Source: Octopus vulgaris (Eukaryota). From it: a DNA stretch of 64,000 nucleotides. The position numbers and the translations under genes are program-made. The notes beneath the pieces are model-generated. The model saw only the letters and a list, made by a program, of their open reading frames with translations, had not been told where the DNA came from and ran no database searches. The DNA is taken from NCBI GenBank assembly GCA_951406725.2, contig OX597814.1, positions 138,632,001 to 138,696,000 on the forward strand, given 5' to 3'. Shown here in pieces: positions 1 to 13,689 of the stretch (within the stretch, counting starts at the first letter, position 1; each line of letters opens with the position of its first letter).

Positions 1-235
1 CTATTGTTGGAGACTTCAATTGTAATGGTAATTGCATCCCGGCGTCTTCAAGATGCGGGGCTCACTTCCATTATATGTTCTCAACTTATTTTCTTCTTTC
101 ATGTCTGTACGCTTTGAATTATTTTCGTTCACTTCGTTATCGTTAAATTGAAAACAAATCACACACACAGACACACTCACACATACACACACACACTTAC
201 ACACACACATGTATAATATATATATACATTGTAGG

Positions 236-269
<34 letters not shown>

Positions 270-527
270 TGTATGTATGTATATATCTATATCTATATCT
301 ATCTATTTGTCTATCTATCTATCTATATCTATCTTTCTATATATATATATTTGTATATGTATGAATACGGTAGAAATCGACTCGTGACCGAGTAACACCA
401 CTACCTAATTCCATTTCAGTCTAAGAAGCATCTCGTGTTTGGTCTCCCTATCGCTAGTATACATACTTCGTTTCCTGCACATACATGCATGCATACATAC
501 ATACATACATACATATATATATGTATG

Positions 528-567
<40 letters not shown>

Positions 568-572
568 TATAC

Positions 573-606
<34 letters not shown>

Positions 607-839
607 TTTTACCTCTATTGACAAAAATTCTTATCTCGACGATTTCTCCTTTCACTCCGTAGTAGCCAAATCCTCTAGCTTCTTCAATTTCTGGTGTCAC
701 TGATTATATAGTCTTCAAGTCCAAATTATATACACCCCTCAATGGGGATGATGACAATCTTGTCGCTTCCAAAGGCTAAAAAACCCCCACAAACACACAT
801 AATGTAAACGAAATAACACAGACTGTTGCGCAACATTCG

Positions 840-1330
840 TTTAACATGAGTAGCACACAACTAAACCTCTCACAATCGTTTGAAATTTTGGGCACCACTA
901 TCACCAAAGATCTCTACTAGTGAAACTACTATCTTAACATAGCTATGACCGTATCCTAGTAACCCAAGGACTCGCCCTTACCTTCAAGATCTGAAGAGGC
1001 TCTACCTCCTCCACAACATTCATTGATACTCATCAAGTCTCAAGTAGTTTCTAAATGATGTGTTGCTCCCAGATTTGGAGACTTTGTTGCTGCTGAAATT
1101 ACATCCAGAAAATAGCCATCGAACTGATTCGTACACTCCAGCCTCCGTTCACATATATGCTATCTTCTTTCAGGCAATCACGACACCCCAAGCCACTCAT
1201 CTCTTCTCCTCTCATCAAAGTTCTTTTGTCCAACACCTTACCCAGGAGACACACTAACCAATACCTACAGTTGTTTCTTCTCAGAACGTTGTTCCTCTAG
1301 AATATCTCTTCCTGTTTACATATTATTTGT
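840..1330 (+). mobile_element. Degenerate non-LTR retrotransposon (CR1/Jockey-group) fragment, C-terminal to the RT core
   Basis: Broken translation FEILGTTITKDL..YLNIA...LILIKSQV...IQKIAIELI resembles the LGxxIxxDLxWxxHI...LYKAQVRP...IQxxAIRLI region of LINE ORF2; many stops and frameshifts. Confidence 0.5.
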
Positions 1331-1616
1331 AGGTGAGATAGTTCAAATGAAATATTAACATCAGCCTCAACGGTCACACAGGACCTGTGAAATCCATGGT
1401 CACTACTTTACTCAAGACACAGGAAGTAAAAAAATTACACTTAAAAGCTTACTGCAAGATTATGGCTATTAGAAGGTAAGGCGAGCTGGTATCCCAGCAC
1501 CCATTGTCCATGTATATATGCGACCTTATGTACATATGTGTCATTCTGTACTGTTTGTATATGTGTGTTACTATCTGTCGATATTTTCTAGGAAGCAGCC
1601 TCATTCATATGTATCT

Positions 1617-1731
1617 ATAGGCTGTCCCCAAAAAAGTGACTGGTGGCCGTGATTATGTATTATATATATTCCTTTATATGTTTGTTCCAGTCCTGGTTAC
1701 TTGCGTTCAAATTCATTATGGAACACCCTGT
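1617..1731. mobile_element. Short Tc1/mariner-type MITE remnant
   Basis: Imperfect TIRs TAGGCTGTCCCCAAAA ... TTATGGAACACCCTG with TA on both sides. Confidence 0.4.
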
Positions 1732-2433
1732 ATGTGTACATATCTGAATGCGAATATTGCTATTGACAAGCTGTTTGCTGCAGTCGATGGCACGACCAGC
1801 GTAAAATCTTTCCCGGCTTGAAATCAATCAATATTTATTCCCTTCCTTCTCTTTCTCGTTCTCCTTATTTACTTCTTTTTCTCTCTCGTATACCCAACTC
1901 CAGCTTCAGCCACTTTCCAATCCTCACCTTAACTCTCTTTCCCCGCTCCCTGTCTCCGATTGCTTCGCACCACTCATGTACAACAACTAAATTTTTGTAT
2001 TTACTTCCCGTTATTCAATGCTGTTTCTAAGCTCATAGGGGCTAAATACAAAAGAAAATCTTATTCGCTACCGAACAAGATTTTAGCGGAAACGTCAGAA
2101 TCTTTTAAGAAACGTAATGTTTTACCAATAAATACAAATATTGCCGATGCAAACATCCACTACTCTCTCTGGATTTTGTTTTCCTTACCCATCTACAAAC
2201 ACACAAACTCACATTCGTATATATAGAACTGCTTTAAAACATGCATTGAAGATACAACTACGTTCTAGTCTTAAGGCTTTTATAGGGATACTTTTTCATA
2301 TTCTCGAATGCAATCCTTACAGTTGCTTTTAAAGTAATAAGTTCCTAAATCCATAGTAATTCTCAATGTAGTTAGAGTTCCACGAACTCATCATCAGGAT
2401 TCAAAGCAATATAAGTGTCTATATATACATACA

Positions 2434-2514
<81 letters not shown>

Positions 2515-2515
<1 letters not shown>

Positions 2516-3740
2516 ATGCCATCCCCTAAATAATGCAGTTTTTTAATACTTTTATTTTTCAAAATTAAGATAAGCAAAGTTCTTTTTTAATCTAAAATAT
2601 ACTATCCTTCATTTCCTACAATACTCGTCCATCTATCTGGTAGACGTGCTAGGCCCCTCTTCCAAAATTCACTTGTTCGGGACGAAAAATACTCCTTAGT
2701 ACTGTTCTGACCTCGTCTACAGAATTCACATTTTTTCCGTCCATATGATTTTGAAGACTGCGGAATAAATGATACTCAGATGGGGCAATGTTCAGCGAAT
2801 ATAGTGGGTGGGGCAACGTTTCCCATTTAAACTGTTCCAGCCTTTGGAATGTCATTGTATGTAGTCGAGCATCATCCTGATGGTAGGACACCTTTCGTCT
2901 TGAAACCAAAGATGGTCGTTTTTCTTCTAACGCTGGCATAAGCCGCTCAGTCTGCTCGCACTAGATCTCCTTTGTTATCTTTTGGTTTGGGTTTAAAAGT
3001 TCAAAGTGGACTAAACCTTTCATATCCCATCAAACAGATAGTATCACATTATGTGGGTGAACATCTTCCCTAGCCTGGGGTGCCTGTGTTTCTCTTTTCC
3101 CTACCCACAGTCTTTCGTGCTTGACATTTTTATAGAGAACCCATTTCTCGTCAGCAGTCACTATTCAGTCCAAAAATGGTTCATTCGTGAGAAGAAGAGC
3201 ACACATTTACTCTATGTGCGCGATTAGACTTGTAAAGTTTCAGGAACACATTGACCTAATTTGCACGCAGGTGTTAATGAATAGTTAAATGGCCAAATCC
3301 AAGCTTCTCTGCTAGTTCCTCAACAGTTGAGATGAGATTTTGTTCCGCCAAGGTTTGCAGGACGTCTTTGTCCTTCCAGAGTGAGGCTCGTCGTTTTCGG
3401 CTCGGAATTTTTGGAACCACCGTTGACACTGGCTTACGCTTATTCTCCGACCGCCATACAGTGCATGAATATTCATCGCACTTTCTATTGCGTTGTTGCC
3501 TTCATAGAATTCATAAAGCGAAACATGCCGAATATGCTCCTTTGTCACTTCTATTATAGCGTTGAAAAAATAACTGTTAAAATTGAACTGCACTCTTCAA
3601 AAGTTGCACTGAGAATAAATAAAAGTAAAATTACTATCTGCTTTTATATCAAGTTGATGCAGGTAGTTTATCGTTTATCCTGTCCCATTCCGACTTTTAA
3701 TTCATGCAATTGAAAACAAAAACAAAAAAAAAACGCATTA
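2515..3740 (-). mobile_element. Decayed near-full-length mariner (DD34D) transposon
   Basis: ORF pieces EVTKEHIRHVSLYEF...QCQRWFQKF (HTH), IVTADEKWVLY (~3125-3165), HQDDARLH and HPLYSLNIAPSEYHLFRSL (HDNARPH and YSPDLAPSDY motifs); TIR remnants TAATGCAGTTTTTT / AAAAAAACGCATTA. Confidence 0.9.
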
Positions 3741-3922
3741 GAGTTTTTGACCAGAAACACAGCTCTTTTTAGTCGAGACAAAAAAAAATACAAATGTCAG
3801 ATGAAAATTACAAAACTATCGAACGACGCTTACCATTAACTAATGTGACTACATGAGAATGATGTGTAAAAACGGTATGTGTGTGTGTGTGTAAACATAT
3901 ATATATGTATACACACATATAC

Positions 3923-4307
3923 ATTCTTTTATTCTTTTACTTCTTTCAATCATTTGACTGCGGCCATGTTGGAGCACCGCCTCAAAGGATTTTAATGGAA
4001 GAAATCTACCCCCGGACTTATTCTTTGTAAGCCTATTATGTATTTCATCCCTCACTTTTTCTGAACCGCTAAGTAACGGGGACGTAAACACATAAGAATC
4101 AGTTGTCAAGTGATGGGGACAAATACAGTGGTGGGTCAAACACAAACACACGCATAAATATATACATATATATACGACGAGTTTCTTTCAGTTTCTGTTT
4201 ACCAAATCCATTGACACTAGAAGATACTTGCCTAAGGTCCCACGCAATGGGATTGAACCTGGCATCATGTTGTTAGGAAGCCAGCTTCTTACCACACAGC
4301 CATGCCT
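3923..4307 (-). mobile_element. SINE family A (tRNA head, CORE-like body, internal microsatellite, hairpin tail)
   Basis: Matches the copies at 50914-51600 and 32205-33040; tail GGCGGTGCTCCAACATGGCCGCAGTCAAATGATTGAAAG on the minus strand. Confidence 0.85.
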
Positions 4308-4333
4308 ATATATATATATATATATATACATAC

Positions 4334-4376
<43 letters not shown>

Positions 4377-4670
4377 TACACATATATATTTCATCATGGT
4401 TTTTCAGTTTATATGTATTTCAATATGACAAGGAAGATTAATCACTGAGAAATATTTAAAAGGGGAAGGACGTAATTAAAATTGATATAGGGAATATTTG
4501 GCAACGATGAATATTTGAATAAATAAAATATATTTATGCGTTCATATCTGCGGGCGTGCGTATACACACAAACATACACACACACACACACGCACACATG
4601 TATGTATATATATATATATATATATATTGAGAGTGTTGTAGTTCGTTTTGAGCATTGTAGCACCGAAGAA

Positions 4671-5102
4671 GAGAAAGCTTCTGACAATGTAAAGTTTTAC
4701 ATAAACATTTATATTTCAACCACAAAAGCCCATCCTCAGAAGAACGTAGTCTAGGAAATGTCCAGTTACACAGGTTCTGTTATCCAACTCAAACTCCACG
4801 GCGTTGTGTTAGCAGAAATAGCTGTCACTTTCCAACTGTTGGTGTAAGCAAACCTTCGACTGTTGGTGTAGGCAACTCTTCAACAGCCTACACCGTCAGT
4901 TGCCTACACCGTCAGTTGCCTACACCGTCAGTTGCCTACACCGTCAGTTGGATAGTGACTGCTATTGCTATTGACATAACGCCGAGTAGTTTGAGTGGGG
5001 TAAAAGGATCTATGTAACTGGAAAATTTCTAGACTGTTTCCTTCTGCGCCTGAAATATAAAGGTTTTTTTTGTCAAACTTCCTCATTGTCAGAAGCTTTC
5101 TC
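4671..5102. mobile_element. Palindromic (foldback) MITE with internal 16-bp repeats
   Basis: Perfect 19-bp TIR GAGAAAGCTTCTGACAATG / CATTGTCAGAAGCTTTCTC; arms complementary along most of the length; 4x GCCTACACCGTCAGTT at 4886-4949. Confidence 0.85.
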
Positions 5103-5297
5103 ATTTTCCTTTTTCACACACACACACGCACATACAATTCATAGATATGCATACACACACATTCATACGCACATGTACATATCTGCAGCCAAGGCTACAG
5201 CTTGAGCATTGGGGCTTGACGTTCATACATTTGAAATATTGCCCACTATCTACTGCGCCGGACGCTCTCCGTCCACAATCAGCAACACTGATGAATC

Positions 5298-5390
<93 letters not shown>

Positions 5391-5469
5391 CGAGGGAGGG
5401 ATAGAGTGAGACAGACAGGCAGGCATGATTACCTATTCCAATCTGTCCGTTTCTGAATTTATGACGGTG

Positions 5470-6250
5470 GCGTATGATTTTTAGAAGTTTAGGCTGGTAC
5501 AGACATATTCTCAATACTGGACAGTCAACTTTTCATCCTACTTTTTTGAAGCTGATAAAATTATCAGTCATGTACTGGGGTCAATGGTATGGACTACCCC
5601 TTCATTTTAAACTGCTGGCCTTGTGCCTAAATCATGGCCGTTGTTATTACAGTGCGATGGGGAGGGGTCGGAATAGCAGAAGCGTTAGCACCCAGGATGA
5701 AATGCTTAGCTGTATTTCGCCTGTCACTTCGTTTTGGGTTCAAATTCCGCCGAAGTTCTCTTTGCTTTTCATCCTTTCGGGGTCGATAGATTAAGTACCA
5801 GTGAAACACTAGGATCGATGTAATCGACCAGTACACTCCCACAAAATTTCGGGCCTTGTGCCTTTACTAGAAAGATTATTTGTTTCGGCTCAACAAAAAC
5901 CAAAGTTTAAATATCACTGAAGTCAAACTTGCTTTTCATCCCCACCCCTCAGTCGACAAAATGAAGCACCGATCAAATTCTAAGGTCTATTGAAACAACT
6001 GATCCTCATCCGCAAATTTCTTGCTTTATTTCTATAATGGAAACCATTTGTAGATTGTAGCTTTTGCCAAAGAACTCCATCCTCAGTGATCTTCATCGAA
6101 GTAGTTTTGTTGGTTCAGTTGAAATGTCACTGCGTCAACTGTGTCTTTTATCCTTCTAAGGTATATTAAATTAATGCCAGTCAAATACTAGCAACAAGTT
6201 TATCGTGTGAAATGCTCACCTAAAATTAGTGGCATTGCACTGCTAAAACC
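5470..6250 (+). mobile_element. Cluster of about 4 head-to-tail SINE family C copies (Meta/MESC-like core); youngest at 5662-5880
   Basis: Recurrent core CTTTGC(C/T)TTTCATCCTTTCGGGGTCGATA..TAAGTACCAG and tail AAATTTCGGGCCTTGTGCCT. Confidence 0.8.
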
Positions 6251-7389
6251 TATCGTTACTGTTATCTATTTTGCCATCACTGTTTTCTTGCTGAAAATGA
6301 TGTTATTTTCTCACTTGCTTCTCAGCCACTTTACAGCATCTCTTATCGAATATCTAAAGTCTTAAGTTACTTCTTATGGCGAAAAATTAACTGAATTTGC
6401 AATTCCGTACAAGGCATCGTAATTAAACAGCTGTGGCTTTTTTCGAAACCAGAAACAAGAGGAAGAATTTAAAGAGCTTTTAATCCGAAGAAGCATCAGA
6501 GCTCATAAAAAAAGCAGGCAATTTTAAAACTGACAACACCATTCCAAGACTGTCAGAATTTATGGATTCCCAATTACCATAAAACTTTTATTGCAGACAA
6601 CAATTTGTCCCAGTTTTTATATATATTTTCCTTTTAATTTTTGATATTTTTCCTTTGATTTTCTTTCTTCTTTTCACGAGTAACTATTATTTTTAGGCAT
6701 TCAATCAAATCTCATTTTTATTTGTTTTGTTGACTGGATTCAAAGAAAGAAATATCAATAATCTGAGGAATTTGATTCCACGAAATTTAGAGAAGATAAA
6801 AAAAAAAGAAAAAAAGAAAATTAAAAGCAAATAAATGAATACAGAAAACGCAGCGGAAGAAATCGAGTTCTTCAAAATTCTAAGCTATTTACTTTTTATT
6901 TATATTCTTTAACGTTTTCTAATTGTAATTTCCCCGCCCCCTTTCTTTGAATCCAGATTTACAGGTTTGATGACCTGTTTAATCATGTTACTCACAGAAA
7001 TTCTTTGAGTGGGAATTCATAACAGAATTTCTGTTTAATTCCACCATTCCACAATGTAAGTTTCGGCTGCGAAGAGAAAATAAAGAAAATCACTTTAAAA
7101 GAAAACATAACAGTCAAGAAATCGACATTGCTCGGTTGCAGAAGTCATGAATTATTCAAACCTCATCACTGATATATTGGTGTGACAATTTCGTTCATTG
7201 GGAAATTAGAGCTGCTAAATATTCGCTGTAACATTTTAAATTTTTCAACAAGATGTGAAGGAAATACCCATGACTCTTTGCAGGGATTTCAAAACTAGTA
7301 TGAGGAAGCGGGATCTGATCTTAATGCATGCTTCAAAGTTGGAGTGAGTTGTCTACTAAAGACACGCAAGATATCAGGTGGTGATGTTA

Positions 7390-7795
7390 AACTGGATGAC
7401 AAAGTAAGAATACCACCCAAGTAAGCCATGACGGTATTTGAACTCGGGTCGGTAAGAATCGAAGCAAATACCGCAAGACATTCGGTCCGATATTCTTACA
7501 GTTCTGCCAATCCACCAAACTTTATTTTGGGGTCCTCCGAAAAGATGAAAAGTAAAATAAACTGGAATAGGATTTGAACTCAGAATCGGAACAAATACCT
7601 CGAGTTCACCATCTTTACATTAAGTGCATTAGAGGGATGGTAGTTGGAGTGGTTAAGGGGATATATTGGTTTCAAATTTTAGCACAAGGCCAGCAATTTC
7701 GGGGGTTGGGTGTAAGTCGATTACATTAATTCAACTGGAACTTATTTTAACGACTCCGAAAGGATGAAAAGCAAAGTCGACCTCGGCGTAATTTG
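7390..7795 (-). mobile_element. SINE C copies
   Basis: Reverse complement of the core (CGAAAGGATGAAAAGCAAAGTCGACCTCGGCG) and tail (GCACAAGGCCAGCAATTTC). Confidence 0.75.
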
Positions 7796-9599
7796 CCAAT
7801 TCAATGAGATAGTAATCATCGACGAAATCGAGGAAGATCCATATAGTAATTAATTACTTGGTTTGCTAGTAATGGAGATTTGAATAATGTATTGTTACCT
7901 GAAGTAGGATAGTAGTAGCTGTTGTAGAGTAGTAATGAATTTATTAGCGAGCATACTGGTATGTCAAAGTGTGCGACGATTTGAATATACACTTGTGTAA
8001 TGGCGAATGTAAACGTGTAGGAGTAGGTTTGTTGATTTGTATAGCATTAGAATTAATCTAGTGAAAAACAGCACTTCTGGTTACAACGCTAACAGATAGG
8101 AGACAAAGTGTTTAGAAAATTCTGCTACCAAATTTGAGTTAAAAGGAATTGTCTGATCTACAGATAGAGTGAAATGTCTGGGTTCCTTTTTGTATAAACA
8201 CTCGTTTTTTTTTTAATTCAATCATTTGTCTACTGTATATCTTTGTTTATGTAGAGACGGTAATTTATATAAAGATAGCTTAATGTTAAGTAATGAAGTG
8301 AGGTTGACAGACGCTTAAGTGTGAGTGATGACCGTATGTAATGTTAGAGTGGTAGTTAGATGTGAAAGGAGAATAGTAGCTGTTTGTACCTGACCGTGAA
8401 GTGAGACTAGTATGTCTTTGTGAAGTGGTAATTGAACAAGTCTCTGATATTTGAATCGCACTTATTTGTCAACCAGCAATATATTCAACAAATCAGGAGC
8501 AGTAAACCTGAGAGAACGATAAAGTAGCGGAGTAAGTATTTTCTTTCATCACTAATAGATTCTAAGTTCAAATACTTACGGAAGCACCTTTAAATCTCAT
8601 CTCTTGAGAGTCAATAAAATTGTTACTAAAAGATTGCAGCAAGCACGTACAAGAGTCAATTCGATCAATTCTATTCGTTTTTTTAGATATGTGTCAACCT
8701 GTGCCGTTGTGCGAAATCAATATATTTCATTGCTCGAAGACGGTGGAATTGGAGAAAACACTAACGCACTTACGAAAAAGGGTTTACAACTTTAGATCAT
8801 ATAGATTTTGCTCATCTAGCTTCTGCGTGCCAAAGCTACCGGGATCGCTTTTTGATATCCTTCCTGACCGATAAAGTTATCATTTGTTATATACTGGAAT
8901 ACATGAAACTGAATATGTCTTTCCTGCCAGTTGGGGAATTCGACTTCACCTCACTCTCAAAGAAATCATATATTCAATCAGTCGTCGAGTACTGAAGAGT
9001 AAGGGACATTTCAGGGAACTGATCAACCAAGAGTTTAACATGCAGTTATAAGGTAAATATAAAACACTCTCACACACACATTTATAAGTATGTGTGTATA
9101 TGTATGTATGTATGTGTGCATTTATGTATATATGTACGCTTATAGATACATGTGTGCATGTAGTGTGTGTTTGTGCCTGTGTATCGTGATGAACAGCTTT
9201 TTTTAAACAAATAGTTTTAAGTAAGTTAGAAACAGAACCGTCTTATATAGAATTTTCCAAAACTGTAGGTTAATCATCGAAGCAATATCGATAAGAAAAT
9301 GCGAGGCAAACTTTAAAACTCCAGTAAAGTGTCGTAATAACTAACAAAGACTATTTCCTGATTAATGAAAGGGTGGTAAAAGCTTCGTTTCTGGCGATAA
9401 TTACATAATTAACACAGTAGCAAGTTCATGAATCTTGACTGCTATAAAATAACCATAACATGTTTCAGCAATAATGATTTCTTCCAAAGCCAATGAAAGA
9501 ATCTTTACTAAAACTACGAAGGAATATTTACTGGGTTATTTGACGTACTAGAAATAAAGACAAATCTCCCTCAAACCACATCATTCTGTCTTAATAATT

Positions 9600-9760
9600 A
9601 TTTAAAATTTTTGCCATAAGGGCAGCTTTGAGAGGTGTGAATGAGTCGATTACATCGACTCCAGTGCTCAACTGGTACTTATTTTATCGACTCCGAAATG
9701 ATGGAAGGTACAGTCAACCTCGGCGGAATTTGAACTCAGAACGTAGCAACGGGCAAAACA
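9600..9760 (-). mobile_element. SINE C copy
   Basis: AACTGGTACTTATTTTATCGAC...CCTCGGCGGAATTTGAACTCAGAACGTAG. Confidence 0.8.
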
Positions 9761-9847
9761 CCTACTGTGTTAATAATGGACACTGTGATACAATACTGAT
9801 GCAGTACTGCGATAAAATAGTCTGTAATACAATATTAATGGGTGTTT

Positions 9848-9897
9848 GCACACGATCTCAGATCAAGTCACTTGCTATGCAAGTACATCTCCGTAAT
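9848..9897 (+). mobile_element. Terminal remnant of the PLE-type element at 27821-28122
   Basis: GCACACGATCTCAGAT....ACTTGCTATGCAAGTACATCTCCGTAAT closely matches 28075-28124. Confidence 0.75.
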
Positions 9898-10529
9898 AAT
9901 ACGATGATAGGAGAATATTCTTTTCATAATTATGATACAAACTATAAATTTTAAAGTGAATTCAAACTTCTTCCCTCAGCTATAGTATGAAACAATAAAT
10001 AATTACTTCCACCCATTCTGTTAAAAAAAATCAAAAGTCAATAGATCTACAAGATGGAAGGCACCAAGATGGGATGAGGGTGGGGGAATTGACGATGTGT
10101 GAATGGTGGAAAAAATACTGTATTAACGATAGGAAATTGTCAGGCCTCATTCTGAATCAGGATTTATAAATAGAAAGATAATTGTGACCTCTGACTATAA
10201 GCAATATTTAGTTGTTGGTCGGAGACATGATCTGGTAATAATAAAATAATTTTGTAGATATGTTGTAGATGTAAGTATGTGTTTCGGAGAGTTTGTTCAT
10301 GGAGTGACATAGATTGTCAAGAGTTGGATTTTATTGCGACACCAAACTATTCCTCTCATGTGTCCAAGTGCTTTCCCAATTTTTAATAATGTTGTTTCAT
10401 CGTGTTTGTAATATGCATCTTCAAAGGATACCAAATGCGCTACTTTATGTGCTTGATAATATATTATAGTTTGTTAGAGAGAGAGAGATTAGAGACCCAG
10501 GCATAATCCATGATGGATATGATGTAGTG

Positions 10530-10760
10530 CTTTATCTTTTGTCTCATCTTTGTTTCAGTTATTGGACTGCGGTCATGCTGGAGCACCACCTTGAATGGTT
10601 TAGTTGAACAAATCCCCTCCACTACTTGAGATACTTTCTAAGTTTGGCATTTATGCTATTGATCATTTTTACCGAACCGCTAGTAATGGGAAAGTAAGCA
10701 AATTAAAACTGTCATCCCAACCATACCTGCACTTATGCACTCAGTCATGCCTGCGCTCCT
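10530..10760 (-). mobile_element. SINE A, internally deleted
   Basis: Tail TTTCAGTTATTGGACTGCGGTCATGCTGGAGCACC and head end CATGCCTGCGC. Confidence 0.7.
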
Positions 10761-10949
10761 GCAAGGTGTTTTATTTTTGTTTGCCTTGTTAGATGTCAAC
10801 TATGCTAGTTCTGAATGTTGAACTCCATATATTTTGATTACCCATGTGCAAAGTGTATTGGTGTTATTGAGAGTGATGGTCGGAAGTTTTTATATTTCTT
10901 TTTACTACTAAGGGAAGAACGGAGTTATTTCAGAGCAACGTTTCTTGAT

Positions 10950-11620
10950 ATTGGTGTCAAAGTTTGGCACAAGGCCACCAATTTCGGGGGAAGGGCTAAA
11001 TCGATTAGATCGACACCAGTGATCACCTGGTTATCTGTTTTATCACCTAAAGGATGAAAAGAAAAATTGACTCCGGTGGTATTTGAACCCAGAACGTAGA
11101 GACGGGCGAAATGCTGCTACGAATTTTGCCCGGCGTGCTAAAGATTCTGCCTTCTCGCTACCTTGTGTTTCTAGATATTGATGTATTTCTTTATTGCCCA
11201 CAAGGGGCTAAACATAGAGGGGACAAACAAAGACAGGCAAAGGGATTAAGTCGATTACATCGACCCCATTGCGTAATTTGTACTTTATTTATCGACCCTG
11301 AAAGGATGAAAGGCAAAGTCGACCTCGGCGGGTTTCTTGATATTGATGTGATGCTTGATTAATTTCACGTCGGTATGCAGAGTAGATAATTTATGTTCTA
11401 GGCACATGGTCAACAAAGGGGTTAATGAATAGTATCATGAATAGTAATGAATAGGAAGGGGTTAATGAATAGTATCAACTCCAGTATTTGACTGCTACTT
11501 TATTTTATCGACTTTCGAAGGGATGAAAGTCAAAGTTGACCTCGGCGAGATTTCAAATCAGAACATGATGTGCCGGAAAGAATGCCGCATGGCAATTCCG
11601 ACGCTGTAACGATTCTAGAA
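10950..11620 (-). mobile_element. Cluster of about 3 SINE C copies
   Basis: Repeated GGATGAAAGGCAAAGTCGACCTCGGCG-type cores. Confidence 0.8.
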
Positions 11621-11629
11621 TAGTAAGAT

Positions 11630-11900
11630 AATGCAAGTGTGATATCATCTACATATGATGATGTATGGTGCGAAGTTGTGTAAGACGGTCGTGTAGGTAT
11701 AGGTAAAAAGAATAGTCAAGAGTACGGTTCCTTCCGTTACAAAACAACATATCTGGAATCGTATATTCCCGATATTTTTATTGAGTTTTATACTACATAG
11801 GTTTGGCGATATGCCAGGTAGTTCGTTAACTTGGATATTTTCGTTGATTATAAATATGTCTAACACAATGTACGTTGGAGTTGCATTGTTTATAAAAATA
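11630..11900 (-). mobile_element. Ancient LINE reverse-transcriptase fragment (Jockey/I-like)
   Basis: Translation VTEGTVLLTILF (VPQGSVLSPILF motif), then after a frameshift YVDDI (YADD motif) at ~11642-11656; 10030-10480 may be its downstream continuation. Confidence 0.55.
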
Positions 11901-12014
11901 GTGAAAGGTCACAGTGACCACTCCATAATTTCTATTACATCAGTTTTCAGTTAAGAGGGTATATATTCAATATATAAAGATGAAGCGTAAACAAACGCGA
12001 GAAAAACTGGGAAC

Positions 12015-12125
12015 GGAGCATCTACATGGTCGCTGGCTTTACTAGAAATAATAACCAAACCTCCTTCAAATAGGACAGTATCATCTTTAAAATACGAAGG
12101 ATATATATTGTAATCCTAAATGCAT
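12015..12125 (+). repeat. Old dispersed repeat (also at ~9540-9595 + and ~54020-54125 -)
   Basis: Shared CTAGAAATA....CAAA(T/C)CTCC(C/T)TCAAA motif in three places. Confidence 0.5.
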
Positions 12126-12792
12126 TATTACTGAAAATAAAAAAAAGTATGAAAGAAAAGAAAGAAAAAGAAAAAGAAATAGAAAAGAAACGGAATGGTC
12201 GAAGCTGGTATATTTTTCATCGCACCTGGGGAAAGTGACTTAATAACAGAACTAATACAAACAAACATTTCTAAGTTTCCAGTTCCTGTGTAAGTAGGCC
12301 TAAACACTGTATCACTCTCGGCTACCACAATCTGCCATCGTTAAACTGTTTCCTTGTTTTGTGTTTTCTTGAAGGTGTTTTATGTAGATAGATACCGTGT
12401 TGAATTATAGACGGCTGTATAGCAACTCTTTCAACTTTTAATGCATTTTACTGGATTGTTTGTGATTTAGGCTTGAATTCATTCAACACGAAATGCCATT
12501 TGAAACTTCAAAAGAATTCCTCTCATTTTACTTTGTAAATTAATGCCCCAAGAATTGCAAAACATATTGTTCTCCTTGTTCAAAATTTCATTGGAAAATT
12601 CCATTTTCCTGTTTCTATATATCTTTCTATTTCGCTTATTACTTTCTGTCTCTTCGGTCTTTTTCGCATTCCATTACTTTACACGTATGTGTGTGTAAGT
12701 GGGAGTATATATATCACACTATCTCTCTCCCTCTCTACCTCTCTCTCTCTATCTGTCTATCTATCAATCTATTCCTATCTCTACTTATGTAG

Positions 12793-12843
<51 letters not shown>

Positions 12844-13689
12844 GATCTAGATCTCTCTCACTTTCTCTCCCTATATGTATGTGTGTGTACGCGTGTGCAT
12901 GCGTGCGTATGTATATAATCAGCGTACACAGATCTATACAGTATGTAGTTGCGTGTTTGTTTGCTTCTAAGTTTATTTGCTTGTGTGTATATACTTGTAT
13001 GAGAATAACATGTAAACATGAAAGAATCTTCGTCATAACTTTGTTTTAACATATTCGCTTCCTCGAAGAACGAGACGGCTAGACATGATCGAATACAGTC
13101 AGACGAATTTCCTACAAATGGATGTCAGTTGATTCAATATTTGTAGTCATAAACAACCAAGTGTTTTTCAATAAATGGTTTAATTGAAAACTAAAATGGC
13201 ACTACATGTAGCTTTCAAGATTCCCTTTAAAGAGGAAACGGCTGATGCAGTTTACTTTCAAATAATGATAACGCTAAACAGAAACAAACTTAAAGAGTTG
13301 AAACTGAAGTAGAATTATCAAGATAATTATTCCGCTAGGCCAATTTTCAATCCTTTACAGCAGTATATATTTCAATTCTACAGCTATCCTACTCATCATC
13401 CTGCCACTAACAAACAACCCATGCAGTTAAATCTCAACGCTATGGATTGGAATAAGCTGGATAAGAATTGCGATTGACACACTTCACTCGAATAACATTT
13501 TGCCTTCTTTTTCTGAGGCAGTTACCACAATTAGAAATTCGGCAACAGATACAACGATGATGTCGATGATGATGAGGGCAACAGCACCGACGACAGAAAC
13601 CGAAACCCTTTGCTTTGGTATTTTTTTTCTTGAGTGCTAGGATTCATAAGAGCAATAATTTGGTTTCCATAGTATATAAGCGACCGAGA

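Noticed and set aside
4886-4949. CRISPR-like repeat array
   Set aside because: The units abut with no spacers, lie inside a MITE, and the context is eukaryotic.
7860-8470. Possible old LINE or transposase remnants (also 24600-24900, 48100-48850, 54860-55750)
   Set aside because: Coding-like texture but no motif I can identify confidently; needs a translated search.
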